Source of the DNA: Bacteroidales bacterium | Lineage (GTDB): Bacteria; Bacteroidota; Bacteroidia; Bacteroidales; Muribaculaceae | Direction: 5' to 3' | Assembly: GCA_030531495.1 (NCBI GenBank) | Contig: JAUNNJ010000001.1 | Span: 113-64,112 of the forward strand | Length of the DNA: 64,000 bases | Made by a program: the position numbers and the translations under genes | The notes under the pieces: generated by a model | What the model was told of the DNA's origin: nothing | Database searches by the model: none | The model's input: the letters and a program-made list of their open reading frames with translations, nothing else | In this document: in pieces, positions 1 through 9,534 of the stretch | How positions within the stretch are numbered: the stretch's first letter is position 1 | Layout of the letters: every line of letters starts with the position of its first letter

Positions 1-1158
1 CTTGGGCGAGAAGCGCTCTATTGAGGCATTTTTGATATTTTGATGTTGCCATGAGCGATTCATGGCCATTTCGATACTTGTTGAAAGTGCTTCAACACTG
101 CCCGATTCAAAAGTGATGCCAGTTTCGGCGCTGATAAGTTCGGGAATGCCGCCTATTTCAGCACCCACCACAGGGGTGCCGGCGCAAAGAGATTCAATCA
201 CCCCAAGCGGATTGTTTTCGTACCATTCAGAAGGAATAACAGAAAACTTTGCTTTACTCAAGAGGGCTGCCACGTCTTTGGCATCGAGATGGCCAAGGAA
301 TTTGATGTTGCTGCATTGGGCATATTTCGCTTTCAATTCGTCTTCAATAGGGCCTCCGCCAGCAAGGCGAAGTTCGTAGCCCGATTTTGCAGCAGCCTCA
401 AGCAGCGTGCGCACACCTTTTTCTTCCGAAAGGCGTCCCACATAGCAGTAATAGTTTTCTCGGACGGAGCCGTCGGCATTACGGAGAAGTTCCAATTTCT
501 CCGGGTCAACAAAGTTGCAGAGCACCTTCAGTTTGGAAGCGTTGAATCCGCCTAATTGCATTTTTGAAGCTAAAAAATCGCTTGGGCATACGAAAGTGTC
601 GGTATAGCTTTCAAGTGCTTTGCGGCTCCATTTTTTCGCTTCAAGCCATGCGATGGCGCTTGCAACCAGCGAGCTCTTCATGCAACGATGCTTGAGCACT
701 CCAACCTTGTCGGAGTAGCAGATTTCGCAAGGGTGCCCACCACGCATGCAAGTGTAGGCAGGGCAGAGCAATTTGTAGTCGTGCAGTGTCCACACCACGC
801 GAATGCCACGCTTGTGCGCTATTTTTGCAAGCACAGGCGACAGATAGGAGTGGATGTTGTGCAAATGCACCACATCGGGAAGGAAGTCGTCGAGCAATTT
901 CATGAATGACGCTTCAATGTCGCCCATACCCAATGTGCGCTTCACACCCTTGATTTTTGCGCCCATGCCACCACCGAAGTCAACTTCCGATGCAAAATAT
1001 TTCTTGTAGGGGGAGTCGACGGTTTGTGGATACTGCATAGCAAACACAGCCACCTCATAGCCTGCTGAAAGAAGTAGGTTTTCGGTGTTCATCATCACCA
1101 CGCAGTCGCCCCCACGAGGGTAGTAGAATTTGTTGACGAGTAATATTTTAAAAGCCAT
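1..1158 (-). CDS. GT4-family glycosyltransferase, 3' end runs off the window (not in the ORF track)
   Basis: Hand translation: N-term MAFKILLVNKFYYPRGGDCVV and C-terminal PSEWYENNPLGVIESLCAGTPVVGAEIGGIPEL (GT-B/GT4 motif) in the same frame; no stop before base 1 in the parts translated. Confidence 0.9.
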   Translation of the reverse strand, partial: MAFKILLVNKFYYPRGGDCVVMMNTENLLLSAGYEVAVFAMQYPQTVDSPYKKYFASEVDFGGGMGAKIKGVKRTLGMGDIEASFMKLLDDFLPDVVHLHNIHSYLSPVLAKIAHKRGIRVVWTLHDYKLLCPAYTCMRGGHPCEICYSDKVGVLKHRCMKSSLVASAIAWLEAKKWSRKALESYTDTFVCPSDFLASKMQLGGFNASKLKVLCNFVDPEKLELLRNADGSVRENYYCYVGRLSEEKGVRTLLEAAAKSGYELRLAGGGPIEDELKAKYAQCSNIKFLGHLDAKDVAALLSKAKFSVIPSEWYENNPLGVIESLCAGTPVVGAEIGGIPELISAETGITFESGSVEALSTSIEMAMNRSWQHQNIKNASIERFSPK

Positions 1159-1192
1159 TGGCTAATTGATTGCTTGATGTTAGATGTGGTTA

Positions 1193-1217
1193 TAACGCAA
1201 AAAAACAGTTTTTATTG
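1193..1217 (-). promoter_or_regulatory. Candidate ECF-sigma promoter CAATAA-N14-CGTTA
   Basis: Minus strand reads CAATAA(1217-1212) N14 CGTTA(1197-1193), ~35 nt before the GT4 start; same motif and spacing at 9458-9482 and 14228-14252. Confidence 0.6.
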
Positions 1218-1303
1218 TACACTGAGTGGTGAAGTTAGAAACTGATAAGTTTGGAAATTTTAAAAAAAATGCTACTTTTGCAAAATAAATTTGAACTTAT
1301 CAC

Positions 1304-2254
1304 ATGGATAAAAATCCGAAAATATCAGTTGTTATTCCTGTTTACAAAACAGAGGCTACTTTGCCACGATGTGTTGACAGCGTCCTGAAACAGAGTTTTC
1401 AAAACTTTGAAATTGTGATTGTGGACGACGGGAGTCCAGACAGGGCTGGTGAAATTGCAGACCACTACGCAAAAAAATACAATAATATAGTGGTTGTGCA
1501 TAAAAGAAATGGAGGCTTAGCAGAAGCTCGGAAATCAGGAATTAAAGTGGCTTCTGGTGAATTTATAGTTCCGCTTGATAGTGATGACGAATTGCCAAAG
1601 AATGCATTGGAAGTGTTATTGGGCCGTTGTGAAATTGAGAATCTTGATTTGTGCTATGGAACTTATATGCGTGTGGAGGGTGATAGACGTAGATTATTCC
1701 ACCACAGTTTCACGGGAGTTATGAATGGTGATGAATTTCGTGTCCGCAACTTAACGGTAGGAAACAATTATGGATCATGTTTCTGTATAAGCCGTCGTGT
1801 TATTTGGCGTGACGACGTTTTCCCTCCTGCAGAAAAACGATTTCCAAGCGAGGATGTGATGATTAATACACGCTTGTCGAAATATTTGAAACGCGTAGGT
1901 ATTTACAACGATTGTGTGTATAATTACTATCTAAATCCTGAGTCATTGTCGATAAGTGGTCAGAGTAGACAAGAGTTGTGGTCGGATTTCTTTGGAGAAT
2001 TGCGGCGCTATCTTCAAAGTGAAGGCTTTCTTGATGAGGCGATGGAACATCTACTTCGCATCCGCGAAGTGGATCATTTGGGCTTTTATGTGAAGGATAT
2101 AGACAAGCAGTCGCGGTGGTATAAGGATGTAATGTCCTACGACTGTAGCAAGTATCCAATTAAAACTCGCACTCTGCATGTTTTGTTGCATTGTCCAGCG
2201 CTTTTGCGCTTTTGCATCAAGATGAATAGAATGGTGAAAAAACTAATTAACTAA
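1304..2254 (+). CDS. GT2-family glycosyltransferase
   Basis: ISVVIPVY, IVDDGSPD, NGGLAEARKSG, LDSDD motifs; TACTTTTG -7 box at 1273-1280. Confidence 0.92.
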   Translation: MDKNPKISVVIPVYKTEATLPRCVDSVLKQSFQNFEIVIVDDGSPDRAGEIADHYAKKYNNIVVVHKRNGGLAEARKSGIKVASGEFIVPLDSDDELPKNALEVLLGRCEIENLDLCYGTYMRVEGDRRRLFHHSFTGVMNGDEFRVRNLTVGNNYGSCFCISRRVIWRDDVFPPAEKRFPSEDVMINTRLSKYLKRVGIYNDCVYNYYLNPESLSISGQSRQELWSDFFGELRRYLQSEGFLDEAMEHLLRIREVDHLGFYVKDIDKQSRWYKDVMSYDCSKYPIKTRTLHVLLHCPALLRFCIKMNRMVKKLIN

Positions 2255-3206
2255 TTCCCAATACAATTCTTCCTGATTTGGTGTGTTGGAGAATTTGGTG
2301 AAGAATGTATGGGGCGATGATACCACAGAGTGTCACTGCCAATGCTTCTGTCCAAAACATAGTATTGTCCCAATTCAGTTTTGTAACAACTGCTTTTGCA
2401 AACCCCATGAATGTGGTGTGGAAAAGGTATACGGTGTAGCTTGTTGCAGCGAGTGGCAGAAGCACCTTTGATTTTAGTGAAGATATGCGCTCTAACCATT
2501 TTGAGATGCTGAGGATCGCTAATATCCCGACAAAAGCCACTATAGGGACCAAATTGTCGCCAGACTTGCCCCACAAATAGTACGCGACTCCAAATAGCAA
2601 TACAAACATAATGTTTGCTGTCGTGTTTTGTAGAATGACTTTCATCTTGTATTCGCTGAACATAACGCCCATCATGAAGAAAATCATCATAACCTTTAAT
2701 TGTCGTAGGCAGAAAACCTCCGGAAATTTAACGGGAATGTAATATAGCGCAATGGATATGCAGAACAGAATCGTGCGGGATGTTTTGCTTTTTGCGAACC
2801 AGATGATGACGAATATCAGCATCAGCACCCATACGAACCAAAGGAAGTAGCCTGCAGATGGAAGATAGAACATTTCGATGAAGGAATACAGCGACACTGG
2901 GTTGTCGATTTGGGCGTTTCCTTGTGAGACGAGCTTGATTGTGATTATTATGGCTGATGTGATAAGATAGGGTACTGCAAGACGTTTCAACTTTTTTCCA
3001 ATAAATGAGGTGTAACTTCGCTTTTTATATGTGTGATGATAGACCAGCCCGCTCACGAAAAGGAACAGTGGCATGTGGAAAGAGTAGATGATTTTGTTAA
3101 TCCACTTCCACAATTGAGGTGCGTTGTCGGGGTTGAAATGTCCGATAACCACAAGGATAATGCAAAGAGCTTTTGCTATGTCGAGACTGTCGATACGCTG
3201 CTTCAT
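2247..3206 (-). CDS. Acyltransferase-3 family membrane O-acyltransferase
   Basis: RIDSLDIAKALCIILVVIGH, YSFHMPLFLFVSG, YTVYLFH; multi-TM. Start moved to MKQRID (3206) because the longer ORF overlaps the upstream gene. Confidence 0.88.
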   Translation of the reverse strand: MKQRIDSLDIAKALCIILVVIGHFNPDNAPQLWKWINKIIYSFHMPLFLFVSGLVYHHTYKKRSYTSFIGKKLKRLAVPYLITSAIIITIKLVSQGNAQIDNPVSLYSFIEMFYLPSAGYFLWFVWVLMLIFVIIWFAKSKTSRTILFCISIALYYIPVKFPEVFCLRQLKVMMIFFMMGVMFSEYKMKVILQNTTANIMFVLLFGVAYYLWGKSGDNLVPIVAFVGILAILSISKWLERISSLKSKVLLPLAATSYTVYLFHTTFMGFAKAVVTKLNWDNTMFWTEALAVTLCGIIAPYILHQILQHTKSGRIVLGIS

Positions 3207-3223
3207 TTTCGTTGGCGCTTTGG

Positions 3224-4909
3224 TTATTTGCCGTAGTAAATGTTTCCTTTCACGTTTTTTTGTCGCACATTCGTGATGTTGGAGAACACATTTTTCTCTC
3301 CGTTTGTGCCATAGAATGTGTTGCCTGTTACCTCCAGGGTGGTGAATCGCATTGCTGATGTGCTGGTGTTTGCCCAATGAGTCATCAATTGGCCGTCGGT
3401 TGCATACACTTCATTGTTTTTAAACACCAATGAACCTTCTTTTGCAAACTCCTGTAGGAAAAAATTCATGTTGGAAGACCTGAAAACATTGCCAACAAAC
3501 GTGAGATCGAGATGCGAAACATTGTTGCAGTAGATACGGGTATCACCCTCAAACGTGTTGTTTTCAGCATTAATCATGAATGATTTGATGGTGTTGCTAT
3601 TTGAGACACTGGCAAGCACGTAAGCACCTTTTATATTGTTTCCTGTCATGTTGAGGAATCCCCCATGGTTTCCTACCCAGATGGTACCAATGCCTGTGGC
3701 AATGTTAGTAATGTTGCTTTTTGTGATATTGCTAATTATTTCGTTTCCTTCCATTGCTACATTTCCTCCGTCTTGAAAGAGAAATGTATAGCCAGGTGTG
3801 GAGTATGGATTTATCACATCGTTGTAGTTATTTACGCTATTGTTTGTGATGCGAATCGGATCTGAAGCTTTGCAATAGTCGTTAAGGCAGATGTCGAAAT
3901 GGTAATACTTTTCATCAGTATCGATTCTCCCATTTTCAATTACATTTCCTGCAATGTTGAAATTTGTACGCAAGTCGACAGGGCTAAATCTTAAACTGAT
4001 AAGTCTTCTCACAAGTCCATCTATAGAAAACGTATTGTTTGTGATGTTCACATTCTCGTATGATGTTCGATAGGTGGTGTCTTCTCCTTCTGTGAGTATG
4101 GAGAGAAATGCATCGCAGAAGACTTCTTTTTTTGTGCCTTCATTGTTTCTGTACACAAACGTGTTGTCTGTGATATATATATCTTTAACTTGTATGTCGT
4201 CTTGTTTGCCAGAAATAGCATCGACAGTGCGTTCAAAGAAGCCGACCACCTCGTCGTTGCCATGTTTGTAGAATTTGTTGTTTTTGATTGTCACATTCTT
4301 TGTGTTGCCACGCACCCATAGATTGCCGCTGGCATTGCTGTTGTTGTAGTTTGCGATGTCACAATCTGTGACGGAAATGTTGGAGCAAACGCGTAAATCA
4401 AAATTTGTGCAAAGGGCGTTCGCTGTGTAACTGTTCACGCGATGGATGTTAACCTTGTTGGCATGGTAGATTTTAACCAGGAACATTGGACTGTTTTCCC
4501 ACCAAATTCCTTTATGGTCTTTCAGACGGAAAGTGATGTCGTGGATTGAAACAGAAATGGGGAGTTTCTTAGTGCCGCTAATTTTGAAAAACGTGTCGTC
4601 GGTGAATGAAGCATTTGGATCACTGCCCTTGTCGAAAATGAGCGAAACCTTTTTTTTGTTTGTCCCTTTGATTTCAATATTGGCTTTACATTCAATTGTG
4701 CCACTGATAGTGTATGTGCCCGCTTTGTCGAAATTGACAACCACATTGTCGTGATGCATGCATGGCTCCAATTGTGTGCGAAGTTCTTTGGTGAGTTCGC
4801 CAGAAATTTTGCTGACATTGATAGTGATGTCGCGCGCCGCACAATGAACTGAAAATGCAAGAATAGCGATGATAGCTGCTATTAAATATTTGCTGCTGTT
4901 TTTTTTCAT
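3224..4909 (-). CDS. Secreted parallel beta-helix repeat protein of unknown activity
   Basis: Signal peptide; many IxxNxF/IxGNxI beta-helix-type repeats, Asn/Ile/Thr rich. Confidence 0.7.
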   Translation of the reverse strand: MKKNSSKYLIAAIIAILAFSVHCAARDITINVSKISGELTKELRTQLEPCMHHDNVVVNFDKAGTYTISGTIECKANIEIKGTNKKKVSLIFDKGSDPNASFTDDTFFKISGTKKLPISVSIHDITFRLKDHKGIWWENSPMFLVKIYHANKVNIHRVNSYTANALCTNFDLRVCSNISVTDCDIANYNNSNASGNLWVRGNTKNVTIKNNKFYKHGNDEVVGFFERTVDAISGKQDDIQVKDIYITDNTFVYRNNEGTKKEVFCDAFLSILTEGEDTTYRTSYENVNITNNTFSIDGLVRRLISLRFSPVDLRTNFNIAGNVIENGRIDTDEKYYHFDICLNDYCKASDPIRITNNSVNNYNDVINPYSTPGYTFLFQDGGNVAMEGNEIISNITKSNITNIATGIGTIWVGNHGGFLNMTGNNIKGAYVLASVSNSNTIKSFMINAENNTFEGDTRIYCNNVSHLDLTFVGNVFRSSNMNFFLQEFAKEGSLVFKNNEVYATDGQLMTHWANTSTSAMRFTTLEVTGNTFYGTNGEKNVFSNITNVRQKNVKGNIYYGK

Positions 4910-4912
4910 AGT

Positions 4913-6259
4913 TTAGCTGATTTGAACAATTTCTACCGCAGTTTCTGATTGTTGGTCAGAAGATTCCAATGAGTTGGCTTTTTCGTCGGGCTTCCAAGCG
5001 AGGAAAAGGAACATGAAGAATATGATACTGCAAATGGGTGTTTTTAGGATGTCGCTATAAAACAGTAATATAATAAAACATATAAATGAGTAAATCTTTA
5101 TATTTTTCTCTATAGTGTAATTTGGAATGCGCATGGAGTAGAGCATCCACAAAATCCAGAAGATAGTTAAGGTTCCTAGTATTCCCACCTGTACAACGAA
5201 ATTGCAAATGGTGGGATTTGTACCAAAATAGAACCAGTTGCTATCCTGAATGGATTTTGGCAAATTTGGATTGTCAATACTTCCGTTAAACCCCACTGTT
5301 CCATTTCCGAAAAACCAGTTGTTGCTGTTCTGTTCAATGATATATGGGATAAAAGCTATCTTTGTAAAACGAGGCATGTCGGGAATGTTTGTCTCGTTTG
5401 CAAGAATCCAATCAACGCCAGCTGCAAGTTCGTCAACAGTGTAATCGCCATACAGGTATTCCTCCATTAAAAAAGTAGGATTAGTCATGTCTTCAGCTCG
5501 GTCGACAGTGCTCATGTAGAGCCAGAATGCACTACCTAAAATTAGTGAACTTGGCGGTATTATGAGAATCAAACGTTTTACATATTTTTTGTCAATAGGG
5601 AATAAGAGCGTTATATACATGATAAAGAATATGAAGCTGACTTTTGTCTCGTTGAGGAATGATGGGAATAGTAGAATGACTATCCAAATATTTTTTTTAA
5701 TGCTTTGGAAAACATTATGTGGGTCAATTCTTTTTCTCATCAAAAAGAAAGAAAAGAAATATATGGAAATAGAGATGATGTTGGATGCACTATCGCCTAT
5801 TGAACCGCCTCCGTGGTCACCAGGGCCGTAGCGGAAAAATTGTTCGGTAACACAGAGTGCTTGTAACAGTAACCATGCGATTAGGTGCTTGTCGATATCT
5901 TTTGAGAATTTGTCAAACAGTTCTTTTTTATCCCATATATATCGGAAAATGATAGGGAGAAAAAGAATGCTGATGAACACACGCATACCATAGACCCAGT
6001 TCGAGAGACTTAATTCATTGACAACACATGTACTGACAAGAGAAATAACTATAAAAACTGAAAGGTATAGGATTTGGAATTTGTGAGAAATACACATAAT
6101 GCCGAGCAATACTATTAATAGGTCGGCCATCACATTTATAGGAGTGAAGAGTGATTCAAAAGGAGGTATCAACTCCTGATATATAAAACCAAAGCACCCC
6201 AACACCCAGAAGAGGATGAAGAAGGTGCGAATGATAAATATGTCTTTTCTGGTCAGCAT
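4913..6259 (-). CDS. Probable Wzy-like polysaccharide polymerase / O-antigen ligase-like protein
   Basis: ~10 hydrophobic segments, large late periplasmic loop (WFFGNG...QVGILG), position next to wzc/wza. Confidence 0.6.
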   Translation of the reverse strand: MLTRKDIFIIRTFFILFWVLGCFGFIYQELIPPFESLFTPINVMADLLIVLLGIMCISHKFQILYLSVFIVISLVSTCVVNELSLSNWVYGMRVFISILFLPIIFRYIWDKKELFDKFSKDIDKHLIAWLLLQALCVTEQFFRYGPGDHGGGSIGDSASNIISISIYFFSFFLMRKRIDPHNVFQSIKKNIWIVILLFPSFLNETKVSFIFFIMYITLLFPIDKKYVKRLILIIPPSSLILGSAFWLYMSTVDRAEDMTNPTFLMEEYLYGDYTVDELAAGVDWILANETNIPDMPRFTKIAFIPYIIEQNSNNWFFGNGTVGFNGSIDNPNLPKSIQDSNWFYFGTNPTICNFVVQVGILGTLTIFWILWMLYSMRIPNYTIEKNIKIYSFICFIILLFYSDILKTPICSIIFFMFLFLAWKPDEKANSLESSDQQSETAVEIVQIS

Positions 6260-6275
6260 CTTTGTATGACGCCCG

Positions 6276-8597
6276 TTATTTGTTGTTGCCGATTTTGAGG
6301 GTGCTGTCGTCGGATGTCTTCACTCTGTTGAGCACAAATCCCACATTTTTGAGTTTGCCATCTTCAATGAGTCGGTTAACCCATTTCACATGGGCGTGCT
6401 TGGTTGAATTAGCACGAACAACAACTATGATTTCATTAGCGTACTGAGTGAGAGAGAATGTGTCGCTTACAGCAGTGAGGGAAGCCGAGTCGATAACCAC
6501 GAAATCGTAGTTCTCGCAGAGTTCTTCCATCAGCTGCTTGATGCGGCTGCCTTGAAGCAGCTCTGATGGGTTTGGAGGCACAGTGCCACCCACGTACACA
6601 TCCACTCCGCTCGGGTCGTTTTTCACGATATTGCCGAGTGTGATTTCACTATTGGAAAGATAACTCGACAATCCGTTAGGTGTCAGCACAGAGAATGCTT
6701 CAGCCAGTTGAGGTTTGCGCATATTGAGTTCCACAAGGGCCACACGTTTTCCAAGCATTGCGAGAGCTGAAGCCACATTTGCTGCTACAAACGACTTCCC
6801 TTCTTCCTTGATGCAAGATGTGACAAGAATCACCTTGTCGTTGTTTTCGGGGAGCATGAATTGAACATTGCTACGAAGGTAGCGGAAGAGTTCGGTATTT
6901 TTACTTTCCTCAACCCCTTCGCCAATTACCAGCATATCCTTGCTCTTGTGCTGATAGATGTGGCCGAGCACAGGAGCTTTTGCCACACCTTCAAGGTCTG
7001 AGGTTGAAATGAATTTGGTCTGCATTGCTTTCTTGATATAGAGGATGGCGATAGGGATGATAACCGCCATAATCAGAGCCACGAATGCGAGCAACGGTTT
7101 CTTTGGCTTCACGGGGTCGCTGTTGGCATAGGCTGCATCCACTGTTTTCCCCTTTGGTGCAGCTGCAGCCATCTTCAGAGCATTTTCTTCACGCTTTTGC
7201 AGCAAGAAGATGTAGAGCTCGTTTTGAATGGCCTGGTCGCGATAGAGATTGCGAGTTTCGCGCTCGGTTGATGGAATTTCGCTGAGTTCGCCTTGGCTTT
7301 CGCCATGCACAGCCTTCGCCTTGTCGAGCTTGATGCGCAGTGCTCCAAGGGCATTGTTCACGCTACCGAGCATGTTTTCGCGCATAGCATGCAGTTGCTG
7401 GTCGAGTTGTTGGAGTGCAGGGTTGTCGCCCTTGGCCGAATTTTCAAGGTGTTGGCGTTGGGTGATGAGCGCGTTGTAGGCTCTCACCATGCCTGCAGAT
7501 GTGGAATCGGCCTCAAATGGAATGAGCGAATGCTTGTTGGAAGGGTCGGTGATGAAGCCCTTTATCATACCTGCAATTCGGTATTGTGTCTCAAGTGCGA
7601 TAATGGCATTTTCGCTTGCTTCCTCTTTCATGATTGAAGCCTTGCTTTGTGCCACAGGGTCTACCAGATTGTGCGCCTTCTTGTAGGCTTCAATTTCTGC
7701 TTCACTACCCATCAAGTTCTTGTAGATGAGCGAGAGACGTTCGTCAATAAATTTGGCAGTGGCCAGGCCTTGAGTGTCCTTTTCCTTAATGCCTCGTTCG
7801 TTGTAAAGGCGAATGAGTGTGGTGAGGATATCGCGTCCGCGCTGAACATCACTGTCCATCACATCCATATAGATGATGTCGGTCTTTTTTGCCTTTTGAT
7901 CCACGGTCATATCCTTTTGCAGGTCAAGTGCAGCAGGGATGATACCCGAAACCATTGCTGTGATGCTGTATTCATGCTTGGGCGTGAAATATTTGGTGGG
8001 TTTTACCACGAAAAGTCCGAATGGAGTCTTTACTGTAGCGGGAAGTTCTACGCCTTCAAGTTCTGCGAAATTAGAGAACAAGCTTTTCTTTACTGTGATA
8101 TCGGCTTTACCATCGGCATGGACCTTGATTTTGAAAGGCAGTGAAACTGAAAGTGTGTCGAACAGTTCCTTTGGTGCATCTACCACGATGGGTGATGTGC
8201 CATAATGGTCTTTCTTTTTTAGGAAACCGGTTTTTTCGAGATAGCGGCAGTTGATGCCGAGTTCGCTGACAGTTTTTGCGCAAAGGTTTTCTGAAGCAAG
8301 AATCTCTATTTCATTAAACACATTCACATCTCCGCCGCCCGTCATACTCTTGAGCATAGAGTTGCCTTTTCCGCTACCGACGCCGGTGAATGATGCCAAT
8401 GCGTCGTCTTCAACGAGCACTGTGGAGGATATGAGGTAAGAGGGCGGAGTCTTTCGTAAATAAAGGAACAAAATGCCGAAACAAACGACAAATGACAGAA
8501 TAAACAGCCACCAATATCCAATCAAGGTGTGGAACACTTTAGAAAAATCCATCGATTGGCTGGGTGCTTGTATATTTTTTGCTACAGTAGTTTTCAT
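6276..8597 (-). CDS. wzc: Wzc-like polysaccharide co-polymerase / BY-kinase (atypical)
   Basis: Two TMs flanking a coiled-coil domain; ELFRYLRSN, Walker A EEGKS, GTVPPNPSELL; no C-terminal Tyr cluster. Confidence 0.88.
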   Translation of the reverse strand: MKTTVAKNIQAPSQSMDFSKVFHTLIGYWWLFILSFVVCFGILFLYLRKTPPSYLISSTVLVEDDALASFTGVGSGKGNSMLKSMTGGGDVNVFNEIEILASENLCAKTVSELGINCRYLEKTGFLKKKDHYGTSPIVVDAPKELFDTLSVSLPFKIKVHADGKADITVKKSLFSNFAELEGVELPATVKTPFGLFVVKPTKYFTPKHEYSITAMVSGIIPAALDLQKDMTVDQKAKKTDIIYMDVMDSDVQRGRDILTTLIRLYNERGIKEKDTQGLATAKFIDERLSLIYKNLMGSEAEIEAYKKAHNLVDPVAQSKASIMKEEASENAIIALETQYRIAGMIKGFITDPSNKHSLIPFEADSTSAGMVRAYNALITQRQHLENSAKGDNPALQQLDQQLHAMRENMLGSVNNALGALRIKLDKAKAVHGESQGELSEIPSTERETRNLYRDQAIQNELYIFLLQKREENALKMAAAAPKGKTVDAAYANSDPVKPKKPLLAFVALIMAVIIPIAILYIKKAMQTKFISTSDLEGVAKAPVLGHIYQHKSKDMLVIGEGVEESKNTELFRYLRSNVQFMLPENNDKVILVTSCIKEEGKSFVAANVASALAMLGKRVALVELNMRKPQLAEAFSVLTPNGLSSYLSNSEITLGNIVKNDPSGVDVYVGGTVPPNPSELLQGSRIKQLMEELCENYDFVVIDSASLTAVSDTFSLTQYANEIIVVVRANSTKHAHVKWVNRLIEDGKLKNVGFVLNRVKTSDDSTLKIGNNK

Positions 8598-8615
8598 GTT
8601 GCTTACTGAAAGGGA

Positions 8616-9431
8616 TTATTTTACACAAAGGGCAATAACGAGAGAGGCTATCACTGATGCCACGCTCACGAGGGTAGACATTTGCGAGAGCTTAAATGCT
8701 GCAAATTGGTTGTATTTAGAGTTGTCCACTTTGATGGCGTTTGGCTCAACATACACTACGTCGTTCTGCTGGAGATAGAAATATGGCGATGCGTAGATGC
8801 TGCCATCGGTGAGGTTGAGGCGGTGGTAAGTGCTCTTGCCATTTTCGGTGCGAATCACAAGCACATTGTCACGCAGACCATATTCTGTGAGGTCGCCAGC
8901 TGCGGCAAGTGCATCAAGCACAGAGAATCGCTCCTTGCCTACCACGAGGCGTTGTGGCGCCTTCACTTCGCCCATCACGTTCACGGTGAAATTGATAAGT
9001 TCAACACGCACAAATGGGTCTTTGACAGTTTCACTCACGCGGTGTTTGATGACAGCCGTGAGTTCGTCGGTACTTAAACCTTGGGCTTTGATTTCGCCTA
9101 ACGCAGGTATTTGAATCATGCCATTGTGGTCCACGATGTGAGTTTGCAAGCGTGGCGACTGGCTGGCGTTGATGTTGCCTTTGATAGATGGGTTGCCGAG
9201 TGGTACATTGAACATGGCTGTGGCTTCAGGTGAGGATGAGGTGATGGTGATAATCAACTCGTCGTCGGGTTGTATCTTGATTTTGTAATCAGCCACATTG
9301 TCGGGGAGAGTGCCGTCGGCTTGCTTCAAGTTTTGGAAATATGATAGTGTGGGTGCTTCTTTAGGAGTGCTACAAGAAGTGATTGCGAGTAGTGCAATTA
9401 AATAAGCGAATATATTTACCTTATAATTCAT
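8616..9431 (-). CDS. wza: Polysaccharide export lipoprotein (Wza/Poly_export + SLBB)
   Basis: Lipobox ITSC, KIQPDDELII, VMGEVKAP, LDALAAAGDLT, YLQQNDVVYVEPN. Confidence 0.92.
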   Translation of the reverse strand: MNYKVNIFAYLIALLAITSCSTPKEAPTLSYFQNLKQADGTLPDNVADYKIKIQPDDELIITITSSSPEATAMFNVPLGNPSIKGNINASQSPRLQTHIVDHNGMIQIPALGEIKAQGLSTDELTAVIKHRVSETVKDPFVRVELINFTVNVMGEVKAPQRLVVGKERFSVLDALAAAGDLTEYGLRDNVLVIRTENGKSTYHRLNLTDGSIYASPYFYLQQNDVVYVEPNAIKVDNSKYNQFAAFKLSQMSTLVSVASVIASLVIALCVK

Positions 9432-9457
9432 AGTCAAAAAAGTTGTTTTAATATAGA

Positions 9458-9482
9458 TAACGAGTAAAATGTGATTTTATTG
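9458..9482 (-). promoter_or_regulatory. Candidate ECF-sigma promoter CAATAA-N14-CGTTA upstream of wza
   Basis: + strand TAACG(9458-9462) N14 TTATTG(9477-9482). Confidence 0.6.
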
Positions 9483-9534
9483 TAGAGCATACCAAATCTG
9501 CTGGTTTTAAGAATTGGTGTATCAGAAAACAGTT

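Noticed and set aside
62-909. Three short plus-strand ORFs
   Set aside because: Antisense to the GT4 gene that the track missed because its stop lies outside the window
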